From: Bacteroidota bacterium
GTDB lineage: Bacteria > Bacteroidota > Bacteroidia > Bacteroidales > GCA-2748055
Direction of reading: 5' to 3'
Length of the DNA stretch: 64,000 nt
NCBI GenBank assembly: GCA_039714915.1
Contig: JBDLIM010000001.1
Location: 149,300 to 213,299 of the forward strand
The position numbers and the translations under genes are program-made. Below, in pieces: positions 29,010-38,393 of this stretch (positions are counted from its first letter, which is position 1; every line of letters begins with the position of its first letter). The notes below the pieces were generated by a model, which was given only the letters and a program-made list of their open reading frames with translations, was not told where the DNA came from and made no database searches.

Positions 29010-31139
29010 TTAAGGTTTCATACCCTTCATGGAAAGCTGGATTCTCTTCCTGGGAACATCCACCTCCAGCACCCTGACTTTTACGTGCTGGTGTATTTTT
29101 ACGATGTCGTTGGGATCTTTTATGAAACGGTCGGCCAGCTGAGATATATGTACCAGGCCGTCCTGCTTTACTCCCACATCCACAAAGGCTCCAAACTTGG
29201 TAATATTGGTTACGATCCCGGGCAATTCCATACCGGTTTTCAGATCATCGATGCTGAATACACCCTGGTCAAACTCGAATACCTCTATCTGCTCCCTGGG
29301 ATCCCTGCCCGGTTTCTCCAGTTCATCCCTGATGTCCTTTAAAGTGGGAAGTCCGATATCGCCGCCCGCATATTTTTTAAGGTCTATCCTTTTCACCAGG
29401 GATTCATCGCTTACAAGCTGCTTCAGATCCACATCCAGGTCACCGGCCATTTTCTCCACAATGTGGTAGCTTTCTGGATGTACAGCAGAGTTATCCAGGG
29501 GATTTTCTGCACCTTCAATCCGTAAAAAACCAGCGCATTGCTCAAAGGCCTTCTCTCCCATTCTGGCGACATTCTTTAATTGTTTTCTGGAAGTGAAACC
29601 CCCGATCTCCTGCCTGTAGTCCACCACATTCTGAGCAAGAACCGGTCCCAGTCCGGACACATAGGTTAAAAGGTGCTTGCTGGCCGTATTCACATTTACA
29701 CCCACCAGGTTCACGCAGCTTTCCACCACCTCATCCAGGCTTTTTTTCAGATTGCCCTGGTCCACATCGTGCTGGTACTGCCCCACTCCGATGGATTTGG
29801 GATCAATCTTCACCAGTTCGGCCAGTGGATCCATCAATCGCCGGCCAATGGATACCGATCCCCGTACGGTTACATCATAATCCGGGAACTCCTCTCTGGC
29901 GATTTTTGATGCCGAATAGATGGAAGCCCCTGATTCATTTACCACATAAACCTCAAGGTCATGCGGAAACCTGATCATCCGGATAAACCTTTCGGTCTCC
30001 CTGCTGGCCGTTCCATTCCCAATAGCAATGGCTTCAGTTTTATATTGCTGCACCAGGGATGATACTTTCCTGGTGGAACCTGCCCTGTCCGATTGCGGAG
30101 GATGTGGATAAATAGTCTCATTATGAAGCAGGTTTCCATGTTCATCGAGGCAAACCAGCTTACACCCGGTTCTGAAGCCCGGATCCAGTGCCATGACCCT
30201 TTTTTGCCCCAGGGGAGAAGCCAGCAGAAGCTGACGCAGGTTATCGGCAAATACTCTGATGGCCTCCTGATCGGCCTTTTCCTTATACAGTCCCTTATAT
30301 TCATTTTCGATGGAAGGGTGCATCAGTCTTTTATAGGCATCGCGCACGGCTTCGGCCACCTGCTGCCCTACTTCATAAGGACTTTTCACAAACTGGTCTT
30401 CCAGCGCATCAAGTACCCTGCTGTTGTCCGGCTCGACTGAAAGTTTTAAAAAACCTTCCTGTTCCCCCCTTCGCATGGCCAGGATCCGGTGGCCCGGACA
30501 CTTTTTTAAAGGTTCACTGAATTCAAAATAATCCTTGAACTTCTCTCCTTCTTCTTCCTTGCCTTTAACCAGTTTGGAAGAAATCACCGCATTCCTGTCA
30601 AAATGATACCTGACCGTTTTTCTGGCCCTTTGGTTCTCATTCACCCATTCTGCAATAATATCCCTGGCTCCCTGCAGAGCATCCTCAACAGATTCTACCT
30701 CCTCATTCAGAAAAGAAGAAGCAGCCTGTTCCACATGCATTTCCTGCTGCTTCATCAGGATCTTGGCCAGAGGTTCCAGTCCCTTCTCACGGGCCACGGT
30801 GGCACGTGTCTTCCGCTTGGTTTTATAAGGCAGGTAGATATCTTCCAGTAAGACCGGGTCAAGGCATTCTTCGATCCTGGCTTTTAACTCCGGAGTAAGT
30901 TTATCCTGATCTTCGATGGTCTTCAGGATGTATTCCTTCCTCTTTTGCAGCTCTTTCAGTTTATTCAGCTCATCCCTGATCTGAGTGATTTGCACTTCAT
31001 CCAGGCTCCCTGTATGTTCCTTCCGGTATCGGCTGATAAAGGGAATGGTAGCTCCTTCATCCAGAAGTTCAACTGTGTTTTTGACCTGCCTGACAGGAAT
31101 TCCGGTCCGTTGCGAAATAAGGTCTTCAAAAACAATCAT
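29010..31139 (-). CDS. tex: Tex family RNA-binding transcription accessory protein
   Basis: GATIPFISRYRKE, DPGFRTGCK, DPKSIGVGQYQHDV, C-terminal S1 domain. Confidence 0.95.
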   Translation of the reverse strand: MIVFEDLISQRTGIPVRQVKNTVELLDEGATIPFISRYRKEHTGSLDEVQITQIRDELNKLKELQKRKEYILKTIEDQDKLTPELKARIEECLDPVLLEDIYLPYKTKRKTRATVAREKGLEPLAKILMKQQEMHVEQAASSFLNEEVESVEDALQGARDIIAEWVNENQRARKTVRYHFDRNAVISSKLVKGKEEEGEKFKDYFEFSEPLKKCPGHRILAMRRGEQEGFLKLSVEPDNSRVLDALEDQFVKSPYEVGQQVAEAVRDAYKRLMHPSIENEYKGLYKEKADQEAIRVFADNLRQLLLASPLGQKRVMALDPGFRTGCKLVCLDEHGNLLHNETIYPHPPQSDRAGSTRKVSSLVQQYKTEAIAIGNGTASRETERFIRMIRFPHDLEVYVVNESGASIYSASKIAREEFPDYDVTVRGSVSIGRRLMDPLAELVKIDPKSIGVGQYQHDVDQGNLKKSLDEVVESCVNLVGVNVNTASKHLLTYVSGLGPVLAQNVVDYRQEIGGFTSRKQLKNVARMGEKAFEQCAGFLRIEGAENPLDNSAVHPESYHIVEKMAGDLDVDLKQLVSDESLVKRIDLKKYAGGDIGLPTLKDIRDELEKPGRDPREQIEVFEFDQGVFSIDDLKTGMELPGIVTNITKFGAFVDVGVKQDGLVHISQLADRFIKDPNDIVKIHQHVKVRVLEVDVPRKRIQLSMKGMKP

Positions 31140-31182
31140 TACTCGAACATATAATATCCATAATCATAAAAATATTCGGGGA

Positions 31183-31190
31183 CAAAGGTA
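31183..31190 (-). promoter_or_regulatory. Bacteroidota -7 promoter element (TACCTTTG) for tex
   Basis: TAnnTTTG upstream of the tex start. Confidence 0.5.
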
Positions 31191-31458
31191 GTGATTGTAT
31201 GCAAATCCGAGGAATACCCTCCTAAGAAACCCGTGCCGCCTTCCACATTTGAAAACACAATCACCGGAACCGCAAGATAATCATCTATTGATTCATAATG
31301 CTTCTGACGCGATTTCAGGTATTTGTAATAGGACTCAGAGATAGAATGCAGAGTTTATTAGTGTAAGAGGGGCTTAGAACTTGTTTAGTTGCGCATAATT
31401 AGTGACAAATTTGGCTCATTGTGCCATAAAAGTTTAATTTTACCGGAAAGACAGCTAC

Positions 31459-32115
31459 ATGAGTAAACATTTGATTTTCCCCTCTATTCTGACCGCTGAT
31501 TTCCTGCATCTGGAAGCCGAGATCGAAATGGTAAACCAATCCGAAGCAGATCTCCTGCACCTGGATATTATGGACGGAGTATTTGTCCCCAACCTTACCT
31601 TCGGATTCCCTGTGATCAGGCAGATTAAGAAGGTGGCCAAAAAGCCCCTGGACGTGCACCTGATGACCGTAGATCCGAATCGCTACCTGGAAGCCTACAG
31701 GGATGCAGGTGCTGACTGGCTCACAGTGCATTACGAAACCTGCACCCACCTGCATAGTACCATCCATAAAATCCGCGAACTGGGCATGAAACCGGCTGTA
31801 TCTGTGAATCCGCATACCGATGTTTCACTGCTTGAACCCATACTCAAGGATCTGAATATGGTACTTATCATGACTGTGAATCCCGGATTCGGGGGACAGA
31901 AATTTATAGAAGGTTCCTGGGATAAGATCAGGAAGCTCAAGAAAATGATTAGCGAGGCTGGAGCGGAAACCCTGATTCAGGTGGATGGAGGTGTTACAGA
32001 AGAAAATATCTCAGCTCTGATCCAGGCAGGAGTGGATGTATTTGTGGTGGGAAATACTATTTTTTCAGCAGAAGATCCCCTGCAGGTTACTTCAAACCTT
32101 AAAAATTCTTCCTGA
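31459..32115 (+). CDS. rpe: Ribulose-phosphate 3-epimerase
   Basis: HLDIMDGVFVPNLTFG, DVHLM, MTVNPGFGGQKF, VDGG. Confidence 0.97.
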   Translation: MSKHLIFPSILTADFLHLEAEIEMVNQSEADLLHLDIMDGVFVPNLTFGFPVIRQIKKVAKKPLDVHLMTVDPNRYLEAYRDAGADWLTVHYETCTHLHSTIHKIRELGMKPAVSVNPHTDVSLLEPILKDLNMVLIMTVNPGFGGQKFIEGSWDKIRKLKKMISEAGAETLIQVDGGVTEENISALIQAGVDVFVVGNTIFSAEDPLQVTSNLKNSS

Positions 32116-32118
32116 CCC

Positions 32119-32337
32119 ATGTACCAGCAAAAGAAACCACGTGATTACAGAAGCCTGTGGCTTATTAGCATTCTCCTGATAGCCATTGGCATTATTCTTA
32201 CCATCAACCTGGCCATCATACGACCGGTGGGCTTCGTATTGCTGGGTGTCGGGGGAATCGGCCTTATCTGGAGCCTTACAAATATGGATAAGTGGAAGGA
32301 CAAAAAAGACAAAGACGACCAAAGGCACTTCAATTAA
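32119..32337 (+). CDS. Small two-helix membrane protein
   Basis: 72 aa with two hydrophobic segments; fills the gap between rpe and the ROK gene. Confidence 0.65.
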   Translation: MYQQKKPRDYRSLWLISILLIAIGIILTINLAIIRPVGFVLLGVGGIGLIWSLTNMDKWKDKKDKDDQRHFN

Positions 32338-33189
32338 ATGACTTCCGTATACAGCAATGCATGGATCGGTATTGATCTGGGTGGCACAAAAGTGGCTGCA
32401 GGTATAATTACTGATGGTGAGCTCGGGAAGGAGTTAAGGGAAAATATCGATCAAAACTTAGAGGATCCTCAGGTAGTAGTTGAGCAGATGACCGGTCTGG
32501 TGAAGGAGATGTTCAGTCCTAAGGTATCAGGCATCGGTATTGGGGTGCCCGGACTGGTGGATCGCCGTCAGGGCATTGCCTATGATGTGCTAAATATTCC
32601 CAACTGGAAAGAGCTTCCCCTGAAATCCATCTTCGAAAGAGAGTTCAGTGTACCGGTTTATGTGGATAACGATGCAAACTGTTTCACCATGGGTGAATAC
32701 CGATATGGCAAGTTTGCAGGAAGCACTGATTTTGTGGGGATTACCCTTGGTACCGGGATGGGATCAGGAATTATCAAAAATGGCGCTTTGCTGGACGATG
32801 CCCACGGGTGCTCGGGAGAGTTCGGCACCATGCCCTACCTGGACGGGATCTATGAGAACTACACCAGCGGGATGTTTTTTCTTAAGAAGCATGGCATGAA
32901 CGGAGAGGAAGCTGCTGAAAAGGCTTTAAGTGGGGATTCCCGGGCCATACAGGCCTTCAGGGAAATGGGGATGCACCTTGGAAATGCCATAAAAACCATA
33001 ATCATGGCCGTGGACCCTCCCCTGATCATTATCGGAGGATCGATATCCAGGGCCAGACAGCTTTTTGAAGATGCTATGTGGGAATCGGTTTCGGATATCG
33101 CGTTTCCATCGGTACTGAAGAGCTTCAGAATTGAGTTTTCCGAAACAGAACACATAAGTATCAAGGGGGCGGCGGCATTATGTCAGTGA
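32338..33189 (+). CDS. ROK family sugar kinase
   Basis: GIDLGGT, GIGVPG, NDANC, TLGTGMG, SGEFG. Confidence 0.92.
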   Translation: MTSVYSNAWIGIDLGGTKVAAGIITDGELGKELRENIDQNLEDPQVVVEQMTGLVKEMFSPKVSGIGIGVPGLVDRRQGIAYDVLNIPNWKELPLKSIFEREFSVPVYVDNDANCFTMGEYRYGKFAGSTDFVGITLGTGMGSGIIKNGALLDDAHGCSGEFGTMPYLDGIYENYTSGMFFLKKHGMNGEEAAEKALSGDSRAIQAFREMGMHLGNAIKTIIMAVDPPLIIIGGSISRARQLFEDAMWESVSDIAFPSVLKSFRIEFSETEHISIKGAAALCQ

Positions 33190-33220
33190 ATGGTGAATGG
33201 TGGATGGTGAATGGTGGACA
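33186..33220. repeat. Heptamer tandem repeat (GTGRATG)x5, degenerate
   Basis: GTGAATG GTGAATG GTGGATG GTGAATG GTGGACA, starting at the ROK stop codon. Confidence 0.8.
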
Positions 33221-33261
33221 GGAAAAAAAGACTATAATATTCTAACATTTAACCCATTAAC

Positions 33262-34347
33262 ATGAAAAAAGTCGGAGTAGGGCTGATTGGATCGCAATTT
33301 ATTTGTTCCATTCATGCCGATTCGCTGAAAAAGATCAGGGATGCAGAAATGGTAGCGGTCATGTCACCCACCCCGGGGCATGCACAGAGATTTGCGGAAC
33401 AACAACAGATCCCGAATCACTTTACCAGGCTGGATGAGATGCTGGCACTGGATGAGATCCACATGGTAGTCATCGGTGCTCCCAATTACCTGCATTGCGA
33501 GATCACTTTAAAGGCTGCTGCCGCCGGCAAACATATCGTGGTTGAAAAGCCCTTCTGCATGAACATGGCTGAAGCGGATCGCATGATTGATGCATGTAAG
33601 GATGCCGGTGTGAAGCTTATGTACGCAGAGGAATTATGCTTCACCCCCAAGTATGTCAGGTTGAAAAGCCTCCTGGACGAAGGTGCCCTGGGTAAACCCT
33701 TGCTCCTGAAGCAGTCGGAAAAACACGACGGTCCGCATGCACCTCATTTCTGGGATGTGGAACGCTCAGGCGGAGGCGTATCCATGGATATGGGCTGTCA
33801 TGCCTTCCAGTTTTTCCGATGGATGAATAACAACAATCCGGTGAAATCGGTCTATGCCCAGATGAGCACCACGGTTCATAATGAGAAGACCAGAGGGGAT
33901 GACAATGGCATTATCATCCTGGAATTTGAAAATGGGGTAACTGCCATGGCAGAGGAGAGCTGGACCAAACCTGGAGGCATGGATGACCGTGCCGAGGTCC
34001 ATGGTACCGAAGGTGTGGCCTATGCCGATGTACTGCAGGGCAATTCCATCCAGACTTACAGCACCAAAGGTGTGGGCTATGCCGTGGAAAAAGCGGGGGA
34101 TACCCGGGGATGGAGCTTTACCATGTATGAGGAAAACTGGAACTATGGCTTTCCCCAGGAAATGGAACATTTTGTGAATTGTGTAAAGAATGACAAGGCA
34201 CCCATGGTTACGGGAGAAGATGGAAAAGCTGTGATGGAAATAATATTTGCAGCCTATGAGTCGGCTGGTACCGGTAAGAAAGTCATGCTACCCTTTAAAA
34301 CAGATGCTGCCAAACCCTTTGACCTCTGGAAGAAAACGGATTCCTGA
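33262..34347 (+). CDS. Gfo/Idh/MocA family oxidoreductase
   Basis: GLIGS, GKHIVVEKP, SGGGVSMDMGCH. Confidence 0.92.
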   Translation: MKKVGVGLIGSQFICSIHADSLKKIRDAEMVAVMSPTPGHAQRFAEQQQIPNHFTRLDEMLALDEIHMVVIGAPNYLHCEITLKAAAAGKHIVVEKPFCMNMAEADRMIDACKDAGVKLMYAEELCFTPKYVRLKSLLDEGALGKPLLLKQSEKHDGPHAPHFWDVERSGGGVSMDMGCHAFQFFRWMNNNNPVKSVYAQMSTTVHNEKTRGDDNGIIILEFENGVTAMAEESWTKPGGMDDRAEVHGTEGVAYADVLQGNSIQTYSTKGVGYAVEKAGDTRGWSFTMYEENWNYGFPQEMEHFVNCVKNDKAPMVTGEDGKAVMEIIFAAYESAGTGKKVMLPFKTDAAKPFDLWKKTDS

Positions 34348-34370
34348 TTGACCAGTCCTGTCTGGGCTGA

Positions 34371-35597
34371 TCATTCCTTCCCATCCAGGTAATCCTGTAA
34401 ATACCTGTACGGTTCTGTTAGAGCTCTGCCGGAAGTAATGGAGGCACGATCAAGCATTCCTGTGTTTTTCAATCCAAGCAATTCAGGGATCACATGCTCC
34501 ATGAGTGCATTCCCAAAGTCTGCGGATGCATCCCTGGGGAGCTCTCCCGGCAGGTTATCCACCGCCATTACAGTAATGCCCTGGCCTGTGAAAGGCTCCG
34601 TTTCCTTCCCGGTAAGCGGATCGTAACCATAAAAAGGATCTGCAATGGTGGAAGCACGGATGGTGGATGCGATGGGCCCATCGATATCACAACTGATATC
34701 CGCTATAAGCGAAATGGTTACATCACTACGCAACAGGTCCTTTCTGGTTAGCATCAAAGGGGATCGGGGATCCCAGAAGTGACAGGCAATAAAAAGGTCG
34801 GTCCGTTTGGCGAAAGGCAGAAAGCTGCTTTCATACAGATCCGGATGAGCCATGAAATGAGGAAAATCAAAACCACTACTGTCTTCTCGTTTTGCATAAT
34901 GCCAGGGATCCAGCCTGGTATACACCGCATGTTCAAAATCACTTGCAAGGTATTCCTCCGGTGTTTTGAAAGAAATCCCGGCTGATTCCAAGATCTCAAC
35001 TGCCCCGCCAGCTACCCTGCCTCCACCGGAAAGCAGCATCCTGGTACTTCCCGGATCCACCTTTTCCAGTTCCTGTTTAAGCTCCTCCTGATCGTAACAT
35101 TCATGTGCCGGTTTCAAGCTGAATTTACCTGTGCTTATTCCCAGGGCACGCAGGCCATTGTATGCGCCTACCACTCCTGCCCAGTGTCCAAAAGCCACTA
35201 CCCGTTGCATGTCCCTGCCTGTCAGGTATTCGTAATCTACCATTCTGTTTCCCCGCTCAACCAAGGTCGCGAGAAGCTCTCTGTTATAGGGCTGCTTCTT
35301 GGCAGTATGCGAAAAGAAGAAGTAGGTCTTATCCGCCAGCAGGGCATGGATCTTTACCTCCTTTACTCCCATCAGGACCTGGCAGGCCGAAAGATCTTCC
35401 GACAGGTTTAGCCCGGCTTCACGATATTCCTCATCCGTGTAGCAACGATACTCCGAAGGCTGTACAACGATTTTGAGTCCCTGGTATGTATCCAGCAACT
35501 CCCTGCACTGTACGGGAGTAAGGGCTACCCGTTTATCGGGAGGGATTTTGGTTTCACGAAGAATTCCAAGGCAAATCGGGTCCATGGTACCAGGCAT
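34371..35597 (-). CDS. AlaDh/PNT-fold saccharopine dehydrogenase / lysine-ketoglutarate reductase-like protein
   Basis: GILRETKIPPDKRVALTP, FFFSHTAKKQPYN, ADISCD, MAVDNLPGELPRDAS. The start is probably 35597 or 35585. Confidence 0.8.
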   Translation of the reverse strand: MPGTMDPICLGILRETKIPPDKRVALTPVQCRELLDTYQGLKIVVQPSEYRCYTDEEYREAGLNLSEDLSACQVLMGVKEVKIHALLADKTYFFFSHTAKKQPYNRELLATLVERGNRMVDYEYLTGRDMQRVVAFGHWAGVVGAYNGLRALGISTGKFSLKPAHECYDQEELKQELEKVDPGSTRMLLSGGGRVAGGAVEILESAGISFKTPEEYLASDFEHAVYTRLDPWHYAKREDSSGFDFPHFMAHPDLYESSFLPFAKRTDLFIACHFWDPRSPLMLTRKDLLRSDVTISLIADISCDIDGPIASTIRASTIADPFYGYDPLTGKETEPFTGQGITVMAVDNLPGELPRDASADFGNALMEHVIPELLGLKNTGMLDRASITSGRALTEPYRYLQDYLDGKE

Positions 35598-35630
35598 TTG
35601 ATGAATGAACCCACTAAGATAACATATAAT

Positions 35631-35691
35631 CACCGATCACATTGACACACCGATCACATTGACACACCGATCACATTGACACACCGATCAC
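35631..35691. repeat. Perfect 17-bp tandem repeat (CACCGATCACATTGACA)x3.6
   Basis: Units at 35631, 35648, 35665 and a partial unit at 35682; intergenic. Confidence 0.95.
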
Positions 35692-35720
35692 TGACCACCA
35701 ACCACCGGCCACAGGCCCTC

Positions 35721-36392
35721 TCACCTACCCTCAATCCACCCCTCCATGGTCTGACCAAGAGTTATAAGCGACGAATAACCCTGTTCCATGGGTAATTCGG
35801 ATGACTGGATTCCATGTTGTTTCAGATAGGCCACAAATCCTTCATTCATCATACGGCCTGCCCTCAGGGGAAACTCAAACAGGTCGGAGAAGACCCGTTC
35901 ATTGGTGGGTTCATCAAATTCCCTTTTGCAGGCCCTTACCGAGGAGGAGAGGTAAATCCTGCAGGCCATGGGCCTGACCTGGTAAATGCTGCACTTTCCC
36001 AAGTCCAGGAAGGGACATGGGATCTTTAGCAATGCCTGTTCCTTCATGGACTTATTCATGGTTTGCATGACTTTATCGCGCGCTTTCTCCAGAATACGCT
36101 GACCTTTCTCCCTGGATAAATTATTCTGTACGAAATGGGAGATATACAGAAATTCATGGGTGACCGCATATACCATCTGGTGACAGCACCAGCTACATCC
36201 CTTTTTACACTCTGAAGCTTTGCCTTCGGCAGCTGAACGGTTCAGGAATGCTTCCAGCAGATCGTTCACCCCCTGGTAGAGCTGTTCTATTCCTGAGCTA
36301 AGCGTACTGGGACTTATCTCTTTTTCCAGGTACTGATGGGCAATGCGGTATCCATCCCTGTAAAACAGGCGGTCTATCTCCTTATAATCCAT
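35721..36392 (-). CDS. YkgJ-family cysteine-cluster protein
   Basis: CKKGCSWCC, CPFL...CSIYQVRPMACR. Confidence 0.88.
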   Translation of the reverse strand: MDYKEIDRLFYRDGYRIAHQYLEKEISPSTLSSGIEQLYQGVNDLLEAFLNRSAAEGKASECKKGCSWCCHQMVYAVTHEFLYISHFVQNNLSREKGQRILEKARDKVMQTMNKSMKEQALLKIPCPFLDLGKCSIYQVRPMACRIYLSSSVRACKREFDEPTNERVFSDLFEFPLRAGRMMNEGFVAYLKQHGIQSSELPMEQGYSSLITLGQTMEGWIEGR

Positions 36393-36393
36393 G

Positions 36394-37401
36394 CTACTTC
36401 AAGGGAAAAGCAATGATTGTCTGCCATTTTGCCGGATCCGATTCGGTCATTATTCCGGTCACATAAAACTCAAATGCTTCCCCCGAAACCTCCAGGCCAT
36501 TTTCTTGTATGTACGCATCCATCTTCTCATACGAATTGGTAAACTCTTCATAGGGTCCGGTATGAGTAGCCTTCACAATTTTCATCTCGGGATAGCTTAC
36601 CGACTCCACGCCCCCGGCAGATTTGCCATTAGCTGCCACCTGGAAACCGGCCCGGTAATTGGAATGACCGGTGGCTTCATCATAATCCAGGTAATGCACA
36701 AAGGCAGGTCCGGTCACCTGCAGTTGTTGTTTTTCAATTTCTGTAAAAATAGCTCCATACAACTCTCCCAGCTGCTGTCCAATGGTCTCCATGGTCCCTG
36801 CCCCGTCAGCCACCATAGCCGTAATTGCAGCCTGTGATTCAACAGATATGGAGCTCAGTGAGCTTTTGGGCCGGGGCAATGCTTCCAGGTATTCTTTCAG
36901 ATTGGTCAGCCCCGTTTCAAAACTCTGTTTCAGGAAAACCTTTCCAAACATCATTCCCAGTCGACCGATGGGGTATTTTGTCTTCTGTGAAAAGGACCAC
37001 ACCACATGTGTTCCACCGTCTGATGGTGTGAACTCCCACTCCACCAGGGAAGGTTCAGTCACCTCCCCAAACCATAGAGAGGATTCAATGTACTGGTTCT
37101 CTTTCACAGAAATGACTTCCATTCTTCCGGTTCCCACTTGCTCACCCTGCCAGGAATAGGTAGATCCAACAAATCCTGATTTTGGCTCAATTTCCGCATC
37201 AGCGGTGGAATCCATCGTCATCCATGGATCCCATAGATGCCGGTTCTTAAAGGAAGCCACAGCAGGAAATACCTGGGATGGATCCAGTGCAATCTCAGTT
37301 TCAGCACTTACTTCGGCTGTTGCAGGTGCGAAGAGTGGAATAATCAGGATGGCTGCTAATAGAATCCCGATAATGATCAAAATGATTTTCAGTGCTTTCA
37401 T
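36394..37401 (-). CDS. SRPBCC (polyketide cyclase-like) plus GyrI-like effector-binding domain protein
   Basis: N-terminal anchor, WDPW...GSTYSW...GTG, FETGLTNLK; C-terminal HTGPYE...E.Y. Confidence 0.8.
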   Translation of the reverse strand: MKALKIILIIIGILLAAILIIPLFAPATAEVSAETEIALDPSQVFPAVASFKNRHLWDPWMTMDSTADAEIEPKSGFVGSTYSWQGEQVGTGRMEVISVKENQYIESSLWFGEVTEPSLVEWEFTPSDGGTHVVWSFSQKTKYPIGRLGMMFGKVFLKQSFETGLTNLKEYLEALPRPKSSLSSISVESQAAITAMVADGAGTMETIGQQLGELYGAIFTEIEKQQLQVTGPAFVHYLDYDEATGHSNYRAGFQVAANGKSAGGVESVSYPEMKIVKATHTGPYEEFTNSYEKMDAYIQENGLEVSGEAFEFYVTGIMTESDPAKWQTIIAFPLK

Positions 37402-37446
37402 GGTTTTTCTCTCCTAAAGTATTTAGATTCTTTAAAAATAAGAAAC

Positions 37447-37577
37447 CAAACGATACAAGTCAATGACCGGGAAGAAACTTTTGCGCTGCCAGGCGGTCCA
37501 TTTTCATGGAGGAATTCCTGGGAATTTCAGGGGTGGTATAAATGTGTTTAGGATGCTCATAGGCAGGCAGGATGGCT
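37447..37577. repeat. 131-bp direct repeat: displaced copy of the menE 3' end plus 13 bp downstream
   Basis: Identical to 38394-38524 except one substitution (37554 T vs 38501 A). Confidence 0.95.
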
Positions 37578-38393
37578 CTTAAGCCTGGTGGTTGTAATAC
37601 CAATCCATGAATCTGCATATCTGAGTGGTATCCGATATAGTATTCTTTCTTATGCATTATGTATTTAGCCAGCTGGTACCCGTCAGGAACATAGGATTCC
37701 GGGTCGGCATGGATTGGAACAAACTGGTTTATCCACGTCACCTCCTGATAGCTAAAACGATCCCTGCCCGAAAATGTCTAATCTTATCCCATTTCATAAA
37801 ATTTCTCATAACATGGTTATTTATTATCTTGTTTGTATGTGTTTTAGGTGCTTTGAAGATAATATTTAACCCCCGAGGGTTATTTATTATCGTCAATGAC
37901 ATCGATTTAGTGGTCTGATGGATAATAAATAGCCATACCGCATTCGTACGGGACGTTTTTTTACAGGATTGTGCTTATTATAGCAATCAGGGTCTATATA
38001 AGCTTGTAGAGATCGACATAGAAATTTGGGTCTGGAGCGAAATAGAAACTTGGATCTGGATCGATAAAAACGTTCTGCAAATCAGAGAGAAAATGACCTC
38101 TTCTCCGGGACGCTTGGGAAAATTGAATTACGCTCGCGCATTGACTGCGTCGAGCTTCGCTTCGCTACGGTTAGCTCCGCTGAGCTCGTAAACTCGGTTC
38201 TCCGAATTCTACTTCGGGGTTAGCGAGCACAAATAAAATAAAAAATTAATCGATGATTGGCTAACCGATCTTTGCTTCCTCGCGGCAAGCCAAGGAGAGT
38301 CAAAAGTTGACGGCCATGAAAACCGAACTTCATCTTAATGCCAACGGTAAAGAGCGGCAAAACACGCAGAAATCCATACGGAAAACACTACAG
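37578..38393 (-). mobile_element. Dispersed non-autonomous element, copy 2 (unknown family)
   Basis: Reverse-complement homology to 530-940. It carries an extra 179-bp module and a longer unique tail, and is bracketed by the 131-bp direct repeat. Confidence 0.78.

Noticed and set aside
31388-31415. dif site (GTTGCGCATAA resembles a XerC arm)
   Set aside because: No TTATGTTAAA-like XerD arm after a 6-bp spacer.
37929-37955. Group II intron domain V-like sequence (AGCCATACCGCATTCGTACGG)
   Set aside because: It lacks the upper stem, GNRA loop and domain VI; there is no RT ORF; group II introns do not create target duplications.
530-38374. The two inverted copies as terminal inverted repeats of one 38-kb composite transposon
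   Set aside because: Each copy has its own independent flanking duplication, and the interior is housekeeping-type genes with no transposase.
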